DNA of 64,000 bases from assembly GCA_963758915.1 (NCBI GenBank), contig CAVWXH010000016.1, positions 381,789-445,788 on the forward strand, in the 5' to 3' direction. The first letter of the stretch is position 1. Every line of letters begins with the position of its first letter. The notes under the pieces are model-generated. The model was not told the DNA's origin, did no database searches, and saw only the letters and a list, made by a program, of their open reading frames with translations. Source of the DNA: an uncultured Methanomicrobiales archaeon (GTDB lineage Archaea > Halobacteriota > Methanomicrobia > Methanomicrobiales > Methanospirillaceae). Of the stretch, positions 43,473 to 53,068 are shown in pieces. The position numbers and the translations under genes are program-made.

Positions 43473-44326
43473 CCTTCTGCCCGGGCCATATATCAGGGTA
43501 TTTCCGGCCTGTACGGGGGGAGACCCCGAAGAGAACAGGGAGCACCGGGGCAGGGATTGTCATTTCCGAAGGAGTGACGGCGCTGGTGAGGCCGGCCCCC
43601 CGTACATATGTTGAAATTACCAGGGTAGACCGGGAGGGATCTGTTATTGAGCGATTACCGTGTTCCCCACCGGTTGAATACCTGATGGAGACCCTTGGAT
43701 GTGACCGCAAAAATCAGCACCCGGTGTCACCTCCCGATCAGTGCCGGTTTCGGTCTTTCCGCGAGCTGCACTGACTTCCTCTGCAATGGCAGCGAACCAG
43801 GTGTTTGCTCTCGGATATACCCCGGAAGAATGTTCCTGGTTTGCCCACGAGGCAGAGATACTCCATAAAACCGGGCTTGGTGACATCGCTGCCTGCCAGG
43901 GAGGGGGGGTAGACTGCAGGAAAGGTCCGGGAATAGATGCCGATATTGCCAGGTTACCCGGACCATTTCCACCACTCTGCGCGGTAACGTTCGGACCGCT
44001 CGCGTCTCCGGGCATCCTTGGAGATCCGGCGGTCATGGAACGGGTTAACCGGGCTTTTCCAGGCTCCTGCCCGGGTATCAATTGATGAATTGATTACACT
44101 TTCACGGGAATTTGCTGAAAAAAGCGGGCTTATCACGCCAGATGTCCGCCATGCCCTTGACCTCTGCGATGCAGCAGGAGTCCCTGCAAGTATGACGATG
44201 CTCGGGAACGGAATTTTTGCTATCGGAGACAATATTTTACCCGTATTGTCCGGTTTCCCTGGATTTTTCTCTCTCGAGGTCGCCAAGACCGGTGGGCCGC
44301 GCCTCCTGAAGGTGGATTCATGGTAA
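43454..44326 (+). CDS. pok: Pantoate kinase (GHMP family); 3 frameshifts
   Basis: AFCPGHISGYF, GSTGAGI, (shifted) PISAGFGLSA, AHEAEI..TGLGD, SMTMLGNGIF. Lies between coaBC and PPS. Confidence 0.88.
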
Positions 44327-44415
44327 TATTCTCATTCACTGCCCCGTGTGTTCCGGTGCAGGCATTTTCTGCCATTCATCCCAATGATAAACCTGGCAGA
44401 GGTTCCTGAACGATT

Positions 44416-45151
44416 ATGACGATTCCAACTGACCATCCCCGGTACCGGTCACTCATCGTACGTGAACGTCTCGCAGGATTTGTACGGGAAGGTATTGTTT
44501 CACCCGAAGGCCTTACTGCTCACGGAAGAGGAGAGGCATTTGATTACCTGATAGGGGAAAGAACAACAGAAAGTGCATTACTTGCGGAAAAAACTGCTGC
44601 TGCACTACTCATTTCAGCACAGCACCCGGTCATATCAGTTAACGGGAACACCGCGGCACTTGCGGCACCCGGGATCGCCCTCCTTCAGCAGGCTTCCGGG
44701 GCACTCGTTGAAGTTAACCTCTTTCACCGCTCTGAAGAACGAGTCCGGAAGATTACTCATCTCCTCGAATCAAACGGTGTAACCGTGTTAACCGGGAAAG
44801 GCTGAACGGATTGTACCACTTTCACACGACAGGGCATTAAGTTACCCGGAAGGGACCGGAAAGGCAGATATCATCCTTGTCCCCCTGGAAGACGGGGACC
44901 GTTGTGCGGCACTCCGGAAGATGGGAAAGACGGTAATTGCGGTCGATCTCAACCCCTTGTCCCGCACCGCACGGATGGCAAGCCTTACCATCGTTGACGA
45001 GGTGACCAGGGCCCTCCCTTTGATAACAGGGTTCATTGGGACACTACAGGAGCCGGAGATCACCCTCCTTTCGAAAACCCCGGATAACAATTATTTCCTT
45101 CGGGAGGCAATTCAAGAGATGAACAGGAGACTTGCTGATGCTCTGGATTGA
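44416..45151 (+). CDS. pps: 4-phosphopantoate--beta-alanine ligase; frameshift near 44800
   Basis: HPRYRSL, AHGRGEAFDYLIGE, SVNGN, EVNLFHR, then VPLEDGDR and DLNPLSRT. Confidence 0.92.
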
Positions 45152-46133
45152 AAAATACCGCCCTGCCATATTTGAGGAGATTATCGGGCACAAACGCGTG
45201 GTACAACACCTTCAGTCTTTTGCTTCCGGCGGTTCTCTTCCCCACCTCCTGATCAGCGGACCGCATGGAACGGGTAAAAGTGCCGCGGTGGAGTGTGTGG
45301 CACGAAAACTCTACGGAGATCACTGGGTCGAGAACTGTACCGTGATACATGCATCAGACCTCTTCCTCCTGGGAAAAAAATATCTTGAGGACGATGACCG
45401 GTATGCACATATTTACCGCAAAGACGAGAGCCTGATTAATAATTTCAAACTCATTATCCGGTGGTACGCTTCGCTTCAGCCCCTCAATGCACCGTTTAAG
45501 ATGGTGGTCATCGATGATGCATCAGCGCTTACCCATGATGCCCAGTCTTCACTCAGGCGGACCATGGAGCGGTACAGCCAGACCTGCCGGTTTGTATTCT
45601 GCACCACTCACCCGGCTGCAATAATTCCTCCGATCGCGTCCCGCTGTATCCCCTTCTATTTCGGACCGATCGCCCCTGAACTCGCTTCATCCCACCTGAA
45701 ATCGATCCTTATAAAAGAAAGGCCCGGACGCTGTTGCAGCGATGATGAGATAGACCTGATAGTGCAGGACTCAGGAGGAGATCTCCGGAGATCGGTAATG
45801 CTCCTCCAGGTTGCAGCCGAATCGTGTGAACCATTCGACCTCGCAAAATTCAGGGAGACTGAGACCGGCATGGTGGCAGCGGCAATATATTCGGCCATTG
45901 CAGCAGGTGACGGGATTTCTGCCAACAGGCGTATTGAATCACTCATGATTGAATACGGCCTTTCGGCACGTGAGGTAATTAAAGAACTCAGAAAAGTTCT
46001 GAAACGGGAATACAATGACCCGCGGATCGCCTGCGCACTCGCTGACACCGACCACCTGATAGGCCACTGCAACAATGAATATATTCAGCTCAATGCACTT
46101 GCAGCAAGGATAATTTACGAGGTTTTCTGTTGA
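45138..46133 (+). CDS. Second replication factor C small subunit paralog
   Basis: WIEKYRP, GPHGTGKS, divergent Walker B (IDDA), LRRTME, SRC. Confidence 0.88.
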   Translation: MLWIEKYRPAIFEEIIGHKRVVQHLQSFASGGSLPHLLISGPHGTGKSAAVECVARKLYGDHWVENCTVIHASDLFLLGKKYLEDDDRYAHIYRKDESLINNFKLIIRWYASLQPLNAPFKMVVIDDASALTHDAQSSLRRTMERYSQTCRFVFCTTHPAAIIPPIASRCIPFYFGPIAPELASSHLKSILIKERPGRCCSDDEIDLIVQDSGGDLRRSVMLLQVAAESCEPFDLAKFRETETGMVAAAIYSAIAAGDGISANRRIESLMIEYGLSAREVIKELRKVLKREYNDPRIACALADTDHLIGHCNNEYIQLNALAARIIYEVFC

Positions 46134-46699
46134 AAGCGATTAGTATACAAGGTAGGATAATCGGGATGTTTCTCCAGGTTCACCGGCACCTGGTCTGATG
46201 AAACAGTCAACCGTGTTATTGAATCTATAACGATCGGATATTGTTGGTACTGGGTACAGAATTCCAGTACCTGGCCTGCTCTGGATTTATCCCTCCTTGT
46301 TTGTGTGGAAATACTATGTTGAAAAAACATCCCGGTTTCATCACAGTCTCTGGCAGGCCGGCCCTGAAATAGTTGTCCGATAACTTCAATGACACGAATA
46401 GCCATGTTCTGCGAACCCCGATACCCCTCATAATGCAGGAACATATGTTTTCGTAAAGAGACCGTGGACATGAGTAATCATGTATCAACTCTTTACCCCA
46501 TGCCCTACATGAGGGTACTACATTTTTTCTATGGTACGCATAAGAATATTTGCCATTCAGCTTTGCACGGCATAGCAAAAAAATAGCCCGCATTATTTAG
46601 ATTAAGTGAATAGGACTCATTTTGAGAGACTATTAAATCTGAAAGTCAGAATAGCCGCAATTACCAGATTTATATGATAGTAAAAAAAATAGTAAGGTA

Positions 46700-46942
46700 A
46701 TGGTTTACACTCCGATTGCTGACGAAAAAATTCCGAGCCCCCTCAGAAGTTTCATGGGACATGCCATACACGACATTACCGGTGAAGACATATCATGTGC
46801 GGATATCGGACCCACCTCCAACCTGCTGTCCTGTCTCTCTCAAAAAATTGCCAGGGAAACCGGTCTTGATTCATGCGATGTTGCCCAATGGATCAGGCAT
46901 TCATTAAAAGAGTACTGGGTAAACACCGTAGTTAAAAGATAG
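46700..46942 (+). CDS. Hypothetical small protein
   Basis: ATG ORF preceded by TTTATATG and AAGGT, in an otherwise AT-rich gap. No family recognised. Confidence 0.45.
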   Translation: MVYTPIADEKIPSPLRSFMGHAIHDITGEDISCADIGPTSNLLSCLSQKIARETGLDSCDVAQWIRHSLKEYWVNTVVKR

Positions 46943-47304
46943 CTGAGTATAATTACCTGCTCCTCTGGAATATTCACTAGAAATAATCCGGGAAAAAAGA
47001 TCTTTTAAAATCCGAAACCAGTAATAATAGGTATATGGGGACATGTGCGGGTTATACATGCCGTTTCAGTTCATCCCGATCTTGCTAATTAATGCCTCCT
47101 CCTGTTACAAAGTAACCCATTTGGAAATTATTTTATCTTCCTGTCCTCTCTCCTGTCAGGTGATAACCCGGTAAACGGGAGATAACAGGAGTAACCCGGC
47201 TCTCCCCTTTTTGCAGCAGGTAAGATGTCCAAGGGGTCTGACAGACTCCCTCCCCCCTGCACTTCCGGGAATTGCCTGGCATATGCGACCTGTCCTCTCT
47301 CGTC

Positions 47305-47655
47305 CTATCTTCCCATTGCGAGATCGAGGGCCGTCTTTGCACAGACCTCTGCCTCTTCTACCTGGCCAAGTTTCAGGTAACTGAGACTTTTATTGTACCA
47401 GAGGTCTGAATTTCCAGGGTCAGCCTGGATTGCCTTGTTATAGCAGTCGATAGCCTGCTGGTGCTTCTCCATCTCGTCAAGGCACATTGCCTTGTTCTCC
47501 CACGCTGTTACAAGGTTCGGATAAATGGTAATTGCCTTGTCAAAGAACATGATGGAATTCAGGTAGTCCCCCTGGTGCATGAGGTCTGTCCCCTTCCGGC
47601 ACCAGAACTCGGCATCCTTGCGGACCATCATTGAATGTGGATCATTTGCATACAT
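47305..47655 (-). CDS. Small TPR protein (3 TPR)
   Basis: WCRKG..., AWENKA..., LWYNKS... repeats; GGAGTGA SD. Confidence 0.88.
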   Translation of the reverse strand: MYANDPHSMMVRKDAEFWCRKGTDLMHQGDYLNSIMFFDKAITIYPNLVTAWENKAMCLDEMEKHQQAIDCYNKAIQADPGNSDLWYNKSLSYLKLGQVEEAEVCAKTALDLAMGR

Positions 47656-47681
47656 CGCCTGTTCACTCCTTTACGCTCCCC

Positions 47682-48041
47682 TTATCTCCCCATCGAGAGA
47701 TCTATCGCCCTCTCAGCACACCGTGAAGCATCATTGGTTTTCCCTAGTTTCCGGAGCGTGGTGCTCTTGTTATACCAGCTTTCAGCATCGTAGGGATCTA
47801 TTCCGATTGCCGTGTCGTAACACTGAACCGCATCGGTTAATTTTCCAAGCTGGTCAAGGCAGTTGCCTTTGTTATGATGGGCCATGGCACACGTCGGGGA
47901 GGTCCCGATAACCTTGTCATACAACTGGATGGCCTGGTCATAGTTCCCTTTGTTCATCAGTTCATTTGCCTGGGCATACCAGGTACCGGCCTCGACCGGA
48001 ACCCTTGCCAATATTACCTGGTTTGATACTCCGATTGTCAT
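47682..48041 (-). CDS. Small TPR protein (3 TPR), tandem paralog
   Basis: WYAQA..., AHHNKG..., SWYNKS... repeats; GAGGAG SD before ATG 48041. Confidence 0.88.
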   Translation of the reverse strand: MTIGVSNQVILARVPVEAGTWYAQANELMNKGNYDQAIQLYDKVIGTSPTCAMAHHNKGNCLDQLGKLTDAVQCYDTAIGIDPYDAESWYNKSTTLRKLGKTNDASRCAERAIDLSMGR

Positions 48042-48234
48042 TTCTGCTCCTCGTCCTTCCTTTCCGGACAATCATGACTTCATGGGGGGTTATAATCAAT
48101 TTTTGCCACCCAGCTTTGCACGGCAACGGGTACCTTGAAGTGAGTATTAAGAATAGTTTCTAAAATTACCCATAATTTAAAGATATATTGGCAGTATTGG
48201 CATTATCAGGTAGACTGAGGTGGTATGGCATCTA

Positions 48235-48317
48235 AGACCGGAGGGGGTTTACTCCCTCCCTTTCCCACCACCATCAAGATTTTCTTCGGGCAGGGCTTTC
48301 TGATATTCGTTTGAATT
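48235..48317 (-). repeat. MITE-like repeat fragment G
   Basis: GGAGGGGGTTT...CCCTCCCT..CCCACCACCAT.AAG.T.TT.TTCGGGCAGGG matches copy C near 7950-8010. Confidence 0.72.
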
Positions 48318-48324
48318 ATCAGGC

Positions 48325-48868
48325 CCTCCAGAGAACCTCTACCGGCAACTTCCTGTCATCCCATTCGATATGACTATGAATATACAAGGAATAGGACCAC
48401 CTGCATATTCGTTTTCACTGAACCTCTTAATGGATGGAGAAAAGTGAATGCCAGGAAACAGATGAAAAAAGAAGTCTGGGCTTCGGAAATCAGGGAGTTA
48501 TTGGAGACTGATTATCCGAATGTCAAGAAAATAATTCTTGTCTGTGATAACCTGAATACCCACACAATCGGTGCGTTTTATGCTGCATTTCCTCCGGCTG
48601 AAGCATCGCAGCTCCTCAAACGTCTGGAGATCTATCATACTCCAAAACACGCTAGTTGGCTCAATATCGCTGAAATTGAATTGAGCGCTTTATCCCGACA
48701 ATGTCTGGATCGAAGATTGGATAACCTGACATTGCTTCTGCAGGAGATAAAAAATGGGAGTCCTCCCGAAATAACAACCAGAAACCGGTCGACTGGCAGT
48801 TTACATCTGAAAATGTCGGACCAAATTAAAACGGCTCTATCCGCAATTTTAATTGTCCCTATCCACTC
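48325..48868 (+). mobile_element. IS630-family transposase remnant (5'-truncated, frameshifted)
   Basis: RYDYEY.R, FTEPL.GWR, IILVCDNLNTH, HTPKHASWLNIAEIELS.L.RQCL. Confidence 0.9.
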
Positions 48869-49214
48869 CTCCTCAAAATTGTTACCAGCTGAAATACTAA
48901 TCAGCCTCAACATGGATAAAAAATAAGTAAATTGTTATAAGCCGGTTCACCGGGCTTTGGTGCAAACGCCTTATCCCCTTCAGACCTGGTGGCATGTGAA
49001 CACAGCGCAAGCGGAATGTCCATTGCACACAATTCTTCATATTGCTCTTAACCCTATTGGTGGCAGATATGCGGGACAGGACGTAAAATGAACCGTTTTT
49101 TCCACATTGCCACCTCGTTTCCCGGGACCTTGATCATCCCCTATTCCAACGGTCCATGCACCCCATGCAGGTGCCCCCGATAAGTGACCTTCATACACTT
49201 GTATGACCAACTGA

Positions 49215-49985
49215 GTGAGAAGCATGAATGTAGTAGGTACGTGTAATGGCAGGAAGGTCCGTGACCATTATGACGAAGTGGCCGGGGTCTATGACCACCG
49301 GTACGATGCAAACCGGGGGAAATTCTACTACAATAACATCAGCCGCCATGTAATGGAAAGAATTCCGAAAGGGGGGAGGCTCCTTGACCTCGGGTGCGGG
49401 ACCGGTCTCTTTGTCCGCCATTACGTGAACGAAGGGGGAGAGGCTGTAGGTATTGATATAAGCCGCGGGATGATTGGAAAAGCATCTGATAAATGTGGTT
49501 CCAGCGATTTTACCATCGGGACTGCCGAAATACTTCCTTTTCGTGACAATTCATTTGATGCTGTTTCAAGCCTGCTTTCGTTTTCCTACCTGAAGCACCC
49601 GGAAAAGACAATGTCAGAGACCTTTCGGGTGCTCAGGCCCGGGGGTTCAATCGCCGTCTGCACTCTTGGAATGAACCTTTTCACGCGCGGGCTTCCGGCG
49701 ATATATCACATCAGCGAGGCGATGAACCTTAAAAAAGCCTGTTTCGGGGCATTCGGAGAGCGGTATTACTCTGTTGAGGAGATGGAGCAGCTCCTGTCAG
49801 CGGCAGGGTTTATAGATATACACGTGAAGCGGTGCTCATTTGCACATTATCACCTTGCACGCCCGATATATGATATTGCAAAAAAAATGGAACCCTTTGT
49901 TGAAAGGAACATCCCATACCTTGCCTATAATATCTGTGCGAGCGGAAGAACACCATCAGACGAGGAAAATTCATTCATACCGTAG
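49215..49985 (+). CDS. Class I SAM-dependent methyltransferase (UbiE/Methyltransf_11-like)
   Basis: LLDLGCGTG, GIDISRGM, AEILPFRDNSFDAV, RVLRPGG. Start may be ATG 49224. Confidence 0.88.
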   Translation: MRSMNVVGTCNGRKVRDHYDEVAGVYDHRYDANRGKFYYNNISRHVMERIPKGGRLLDLGCGTGLFVRHYVNEGGEAVGIDISRGMIGKASDKCGSSDFTIGTAEILPFRDNSFDAVSSLLSFSYLKHPEKTMSETFRVLRPGGSIAVCTLGMNLFTRGLPAIYHISEAMNLKKACFGAFGERYYSVEEMEQLLSAAGFIDIHVKRCSFAHYHLARPIYDIAKKMEPFVERNIPYLAYNICASGRTPSDEENSFIP

Positions 49986-49991
49986 AAATTG

Positions 49992-51389
49992 TTATACTGG
50001 TTTGATCCTTATCCGTTCAATAATGCGTTGTTTTTTATCAATTGCTGCATCTGCTGCATTGCGGACTTTTACTTTCATCTCTTCAAAGTCGCACCGTTGT
50101 AACTCGACAACTTTTTTCAGGGGGGTATAGGCTGCCTCCCGGAACCGGGGAGTGAAGTCCTGTTCCCGGCCATCAACAACCAGGACTGATTCCGGCTTCC
50201 CCGCTTCAACCCTACCTATCTCCCTGATGGTAACGCCTGTGCTTTGGATGACATGTGTAATTGCCGGGACTGCAGACCTGGGTGCTGTTATCAGCAATGC
50301 ATCAAGTGATACTCCGAGATAATCAATCGAGAGATCAAGGAGCATTTTTGCAACATCAGGCTGCACCAGGGTACCGACCTCGTTCTCTTCTATTACAATC
50401 CGGCACCCTGCGGTCTCAGCCATTTCGTATACATCCCCGCGGAGACCTCCGTTTGTTACATCAGTCATAGAATGGATGGAGGTAAGGGCATCACTTGCAA
50501 GAAGGGCTTCGGATGCAAGGAGGAAATTAAGGTTTATTGTTGCATCGACAACATCCGGGAACCCCGAATACAGCGCGGCTGTTGCAATGGTCCCCCCTCC
50601 TGCCCCTTCTGTCATCAGGATGACATCTCCGGGCCGTGTCTCTTTCCTCGCGGTGAGGTGCCGGGCAACACCCACAGCCCCGACACAACCGGTCATGCGG
50701 CTCCCAAGTACCATGTCCCCGCCGATACGAAGGGTTGATCCGGTCACCAGCGGTACACCCATTACTTCACCTACTGCAGTGATACCAGCGGTATACTCAA
50801 AAATTTTAGCTACATCCCCATCATCTGCCACATGGATATCAGAGAACAGCATGACGGGGTGCGCCCCCATCACGTACACATCCCTGAGCGTGGCACGGGT
50901 CACATGAAATCCGGCAAGGAATGGAAAATCAGACAGCCGTGAATGCATCCCGTCGACGGTGCAGATAATATAGGGACCTTCACTCCCTTTCTTCGTAACC
51001 TCCCCTGACTGTTGCAGGTCATTATTTTTTGGGGTTTTCCCCCATGGTTCCAGAAGTACGGCCCCTGCATCATCCATTTCATCAACACCGACTGATGCAC
51101 CTGTATGCCCGATAATCCGGGCTATCTGCCGGTGCGCAAAGAAATCGCCGGTGCCTCTCGACCCGACACCAAAATCACCCATCTTAACACCGGACCGTTC
51201 AAATGCAAAAAAATCCCCGCTAAGTCCCCGGGTGTTTTCGACTTCCCGGATAACGGCACGTGCGAATGAATCCGCGTATGCGGCCGGGACATCCTTGATC
51301 CGTTGTATGTGAACAGCTAGTTTTTGTGCGATATCGTCGTTGCCTACACATTCGTCCATCTGGCGCCGGACGAACTCCTCAACATCCAT
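49992..51389 (-). CDS. AIR synthase-related (PurM/HypE-like) protein
   Basis: GVGSRGTGDF, DDAG, VDGMHSRLS, RATLRDVYVMGA, MTDVTNGGLRGD. Confidence 0.85.
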   Translation of the reverse strand: MDVEEFVRRQMDECVGNDDIAQKLAVHIQRIKDVPAAYADSFARAVIREVENTRGLSGDFFAFERSGVKMGDFGVGSRGTGDFFAHRQIARIIGHTGASVGVDEMDDAGAVLLEPWGKTPKNNDLQQSGEVTKKGSEGPYIICTVDGMHSRLSDFPFLAGFHVTRATLRDVYVMGAHPVMLFSDIHVADDGDVAKIFEYTAGITAVGEVMGVPLVTGSTLRIGGDMVLGSRMTGCVGAVGVARHLTARKETRPGDVILMTEGAGGGTIATAALYSGFPDVVDATINLNFLLASEALLASDALTSIHSMTDVTNGGLRGDVYEMAETAGCRIVIEENEVGTLVQPDVAKMLLDLSIDYLGVSLDALLITAPRSAVPAITHVIQSTGVTIREIGRVEAGKPESVLVVDGREQDFTPRFREAAYTPLKKVVELQRCDFEEMKVKVRNAADAAIDKKQRIIERIRIKPV

Positions 51390-51520
51390 GCACACTGGTT
51401 CGCCGGAGAGCGATAAATAGTGGTGTGATCTGCCTGACTGACTTTTTCATTCACCATGCAGAAGGCGGGACAGCATCTGCCATGGTGTTTCTTTTCAACC
51501 TTAATAATCTACCAGTCTCT

Positions 51521-51730
51521 TTGATAATATATGATAATAATATATTATTATATATCATATATTAGTAAATAATAATAATTATTAACTTGAATTAATAGTA
51601 ACTATTATAAAATTAATTATTACTATAATAAATAATTATTAGTTATCTATTGATCGTGATTGTTAAACTAATTACTAATAATAGCATAGAATGTATCAGC
51701 ATTTTACATTATAGTTATCAACTATCAATA
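51521..51730. other. Extremely AT-rich intergenic tract with palindromes
   Basis: 11 G/C in the 130 bp 51521-51650; perfect 18-bp palindrome ATAATAATATATTATTAT at 51534-51551. Confidence 0.85.
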
Positions 51731-51977
51731 ACCATGCTCATTTTCACAACAAAGAATTTCTTGTGCATGGAATGATGGCATTTTCAACGATCCGGCATCG
51801 TATAGTCTAAAACAGGTCCCCTGACGAATATTATTGAATCGCACCACATGTCGCTTTGAATGTACCGTACAGGTATCTTTTATGGTTATCTGCACGGCAT
51901 ATGCTTTTGGCAAATATTCTTCATATCAAATCTTCCACAAAATATATGCCCTCAAAACGGAGGGAATGGGGGGTACC

Positions 51978-52340
51978 ATGCAAAAGTCTATCGGCGAAAC
52001 AGACGATAAAGTCAGGCCGGAAAATTGGCACTCAGTGATCGCCCTGGAAAAGAAAGGAAAGACCGCGGTGGAGTACCTTGTACTCGCACTGAAGGATGAA
52101 GATAAATGGGTCAGGTACGCGGCAGCCGATGCCTTGGGGAACATCGGGGACTCGTGTTGTGTTGACCCCCTTATCCGTTCATTGCAGGACCACGACCAGG
52201 ACGTACGGTTAGTTACCGTGGAAGCTCTCGGGAAACTTGGGGATCCGAAAGCCCGCAGCGCATTACTTACCGTATATACAACGGACCAGGGATGTATTAA
52301 AATTGCAGCAGATAAAGCCCTGAATCAGATGAAACCGTAA
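51978..52340 (+). CDS. HEAT-repeat (PBS lyase-like) protein
   Basis: LKDEDKWVRYAAADALGNIGD and LQDHDQDVRLVTVEALGKLGD. Confidence 0.88.
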   Translation: MQKSIGETDDKVRPENWHSVIALEKKGKTAVEYLVLALKDEDKWVRYAAADALGNIGDSCCVDPLIRSLQDHDQDVRLVTVEALGKLGDPKARSALLTVYTTDQGCIKIAADKALNQMKP

Positions 52341-52494
52341 GGGCCTGGTAGGTCCTTGCGGGGCGCTGGATTTGTCGTATCGGCGTTTGAGGTGGAGCCC
52401 CGTAACCCGGTCAGTTGTTTTCTTCATTGTTAACCATACATTGGAGCGCAGGTCTTATAACTTGTGTAATTGTTGAGTAGAAACTTCGAAAATC

Positions 52495-52849
52495 CGCTCT
52501 GTAGAAACATGCATGAACGGGAAGTTCACACCCAAACCATGAAAATGCCGCGTTCAAAATCTCTTCATTTTGGTGGCCGTTCAGGCATTTACATGGGAAA
52601 TCCTCTCAAATCTATCTTGCATATTGGTAATTTTAAAATTTCGTCACGCTCCCGGGGCTCATTGCCCCGCCGCTTTGGCGACCCCGGCTGGATAGAGACT
52701 AATCCCAAATACTCTGAATTTAATGGACCTTCGGGAAACCCTGCCCGAAGAATATCTTAATGGGGGTGGGGCAGGGAGGAGGTGAAACCCCCTCCTGTCT
52801 TCGTATTTCCCTCTTATTTTTTATGACACCGAAGGGTTTCAACAAAGCG
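52495..52849 (+). mobile_element. MITE-like repeat, copy H (full length)
   Basis: Imperfect TIR CGCTCTGTAGAAA ... TTTCAACAAAGCG; internal hairpins CTTCGGG/CCCGAAG and GGAGG..GTGAAA..CCTCC. Confidence 0.9.
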
Positions 52850-53068
52850 TGCTATGTGCCTTTGGCTTATAGATGACCATGAAAAAGTGGTTTTCCAGAA
52901 TGGTCTGCGGGGAGTTTTTCATATCAGCCCGAAAATCAAATAATCTAAAAAAAACCGGCATGAAACCAGATGGCTTCGCACTGAAGCAATGTGAATTTGA
53001 AAAACCTTTTTTTTTACACCCACTGCGTTGTTGGATCCAAAATTTTCATGACACAAATATCACTATAA

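Noticed and set aside
690-45151. Frameshifts in tes, ala, GDPD, lhr, mptD, pok, pps and others as pseudogenes or programmed frameshifting
   Set aside because: They are mostly isolated single-base indels, often insertions, in essential and otherwise conserved genes, with no shared slippery motif and no accumulation of nonsense codons. This is typical of long-read consensus error.
46115-46593. Minus-strand ORFs, including a dodecin-like start MAIRVIEVIG
   Set aside because: The resemblance stops after about 10 residues and cannot be supported.
47133-47301. 49-aa ORF ending TGR* and a 13-bp direct repeat CCTGTCCTCTCTC downstream of the TPR pair
   Set aside because: No TPR features; the low-complexity purine/pyrimidine tract can explain the match.
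51521-51730. Calling the AT-rich tract a replication origin
   Set aside because: No ORB repeats or adjacent orc1/cdc6 were seen, so it is kept only as an unexplained tract.
52355-52410. GC-rich stem TTGCGGGGC...GCCCCGTAA after the HEAT gene
   Set aside because: Single occurrence with no motif identity; it may be an ordinary 3' UTR structure.
52470-52760. ORFs within the repeat copies (also 5236..5421 and 35201..35401) as a small-protein family
   Set aside because: Reading frames are not preserved between copies; the similarity is only at the DNA level.
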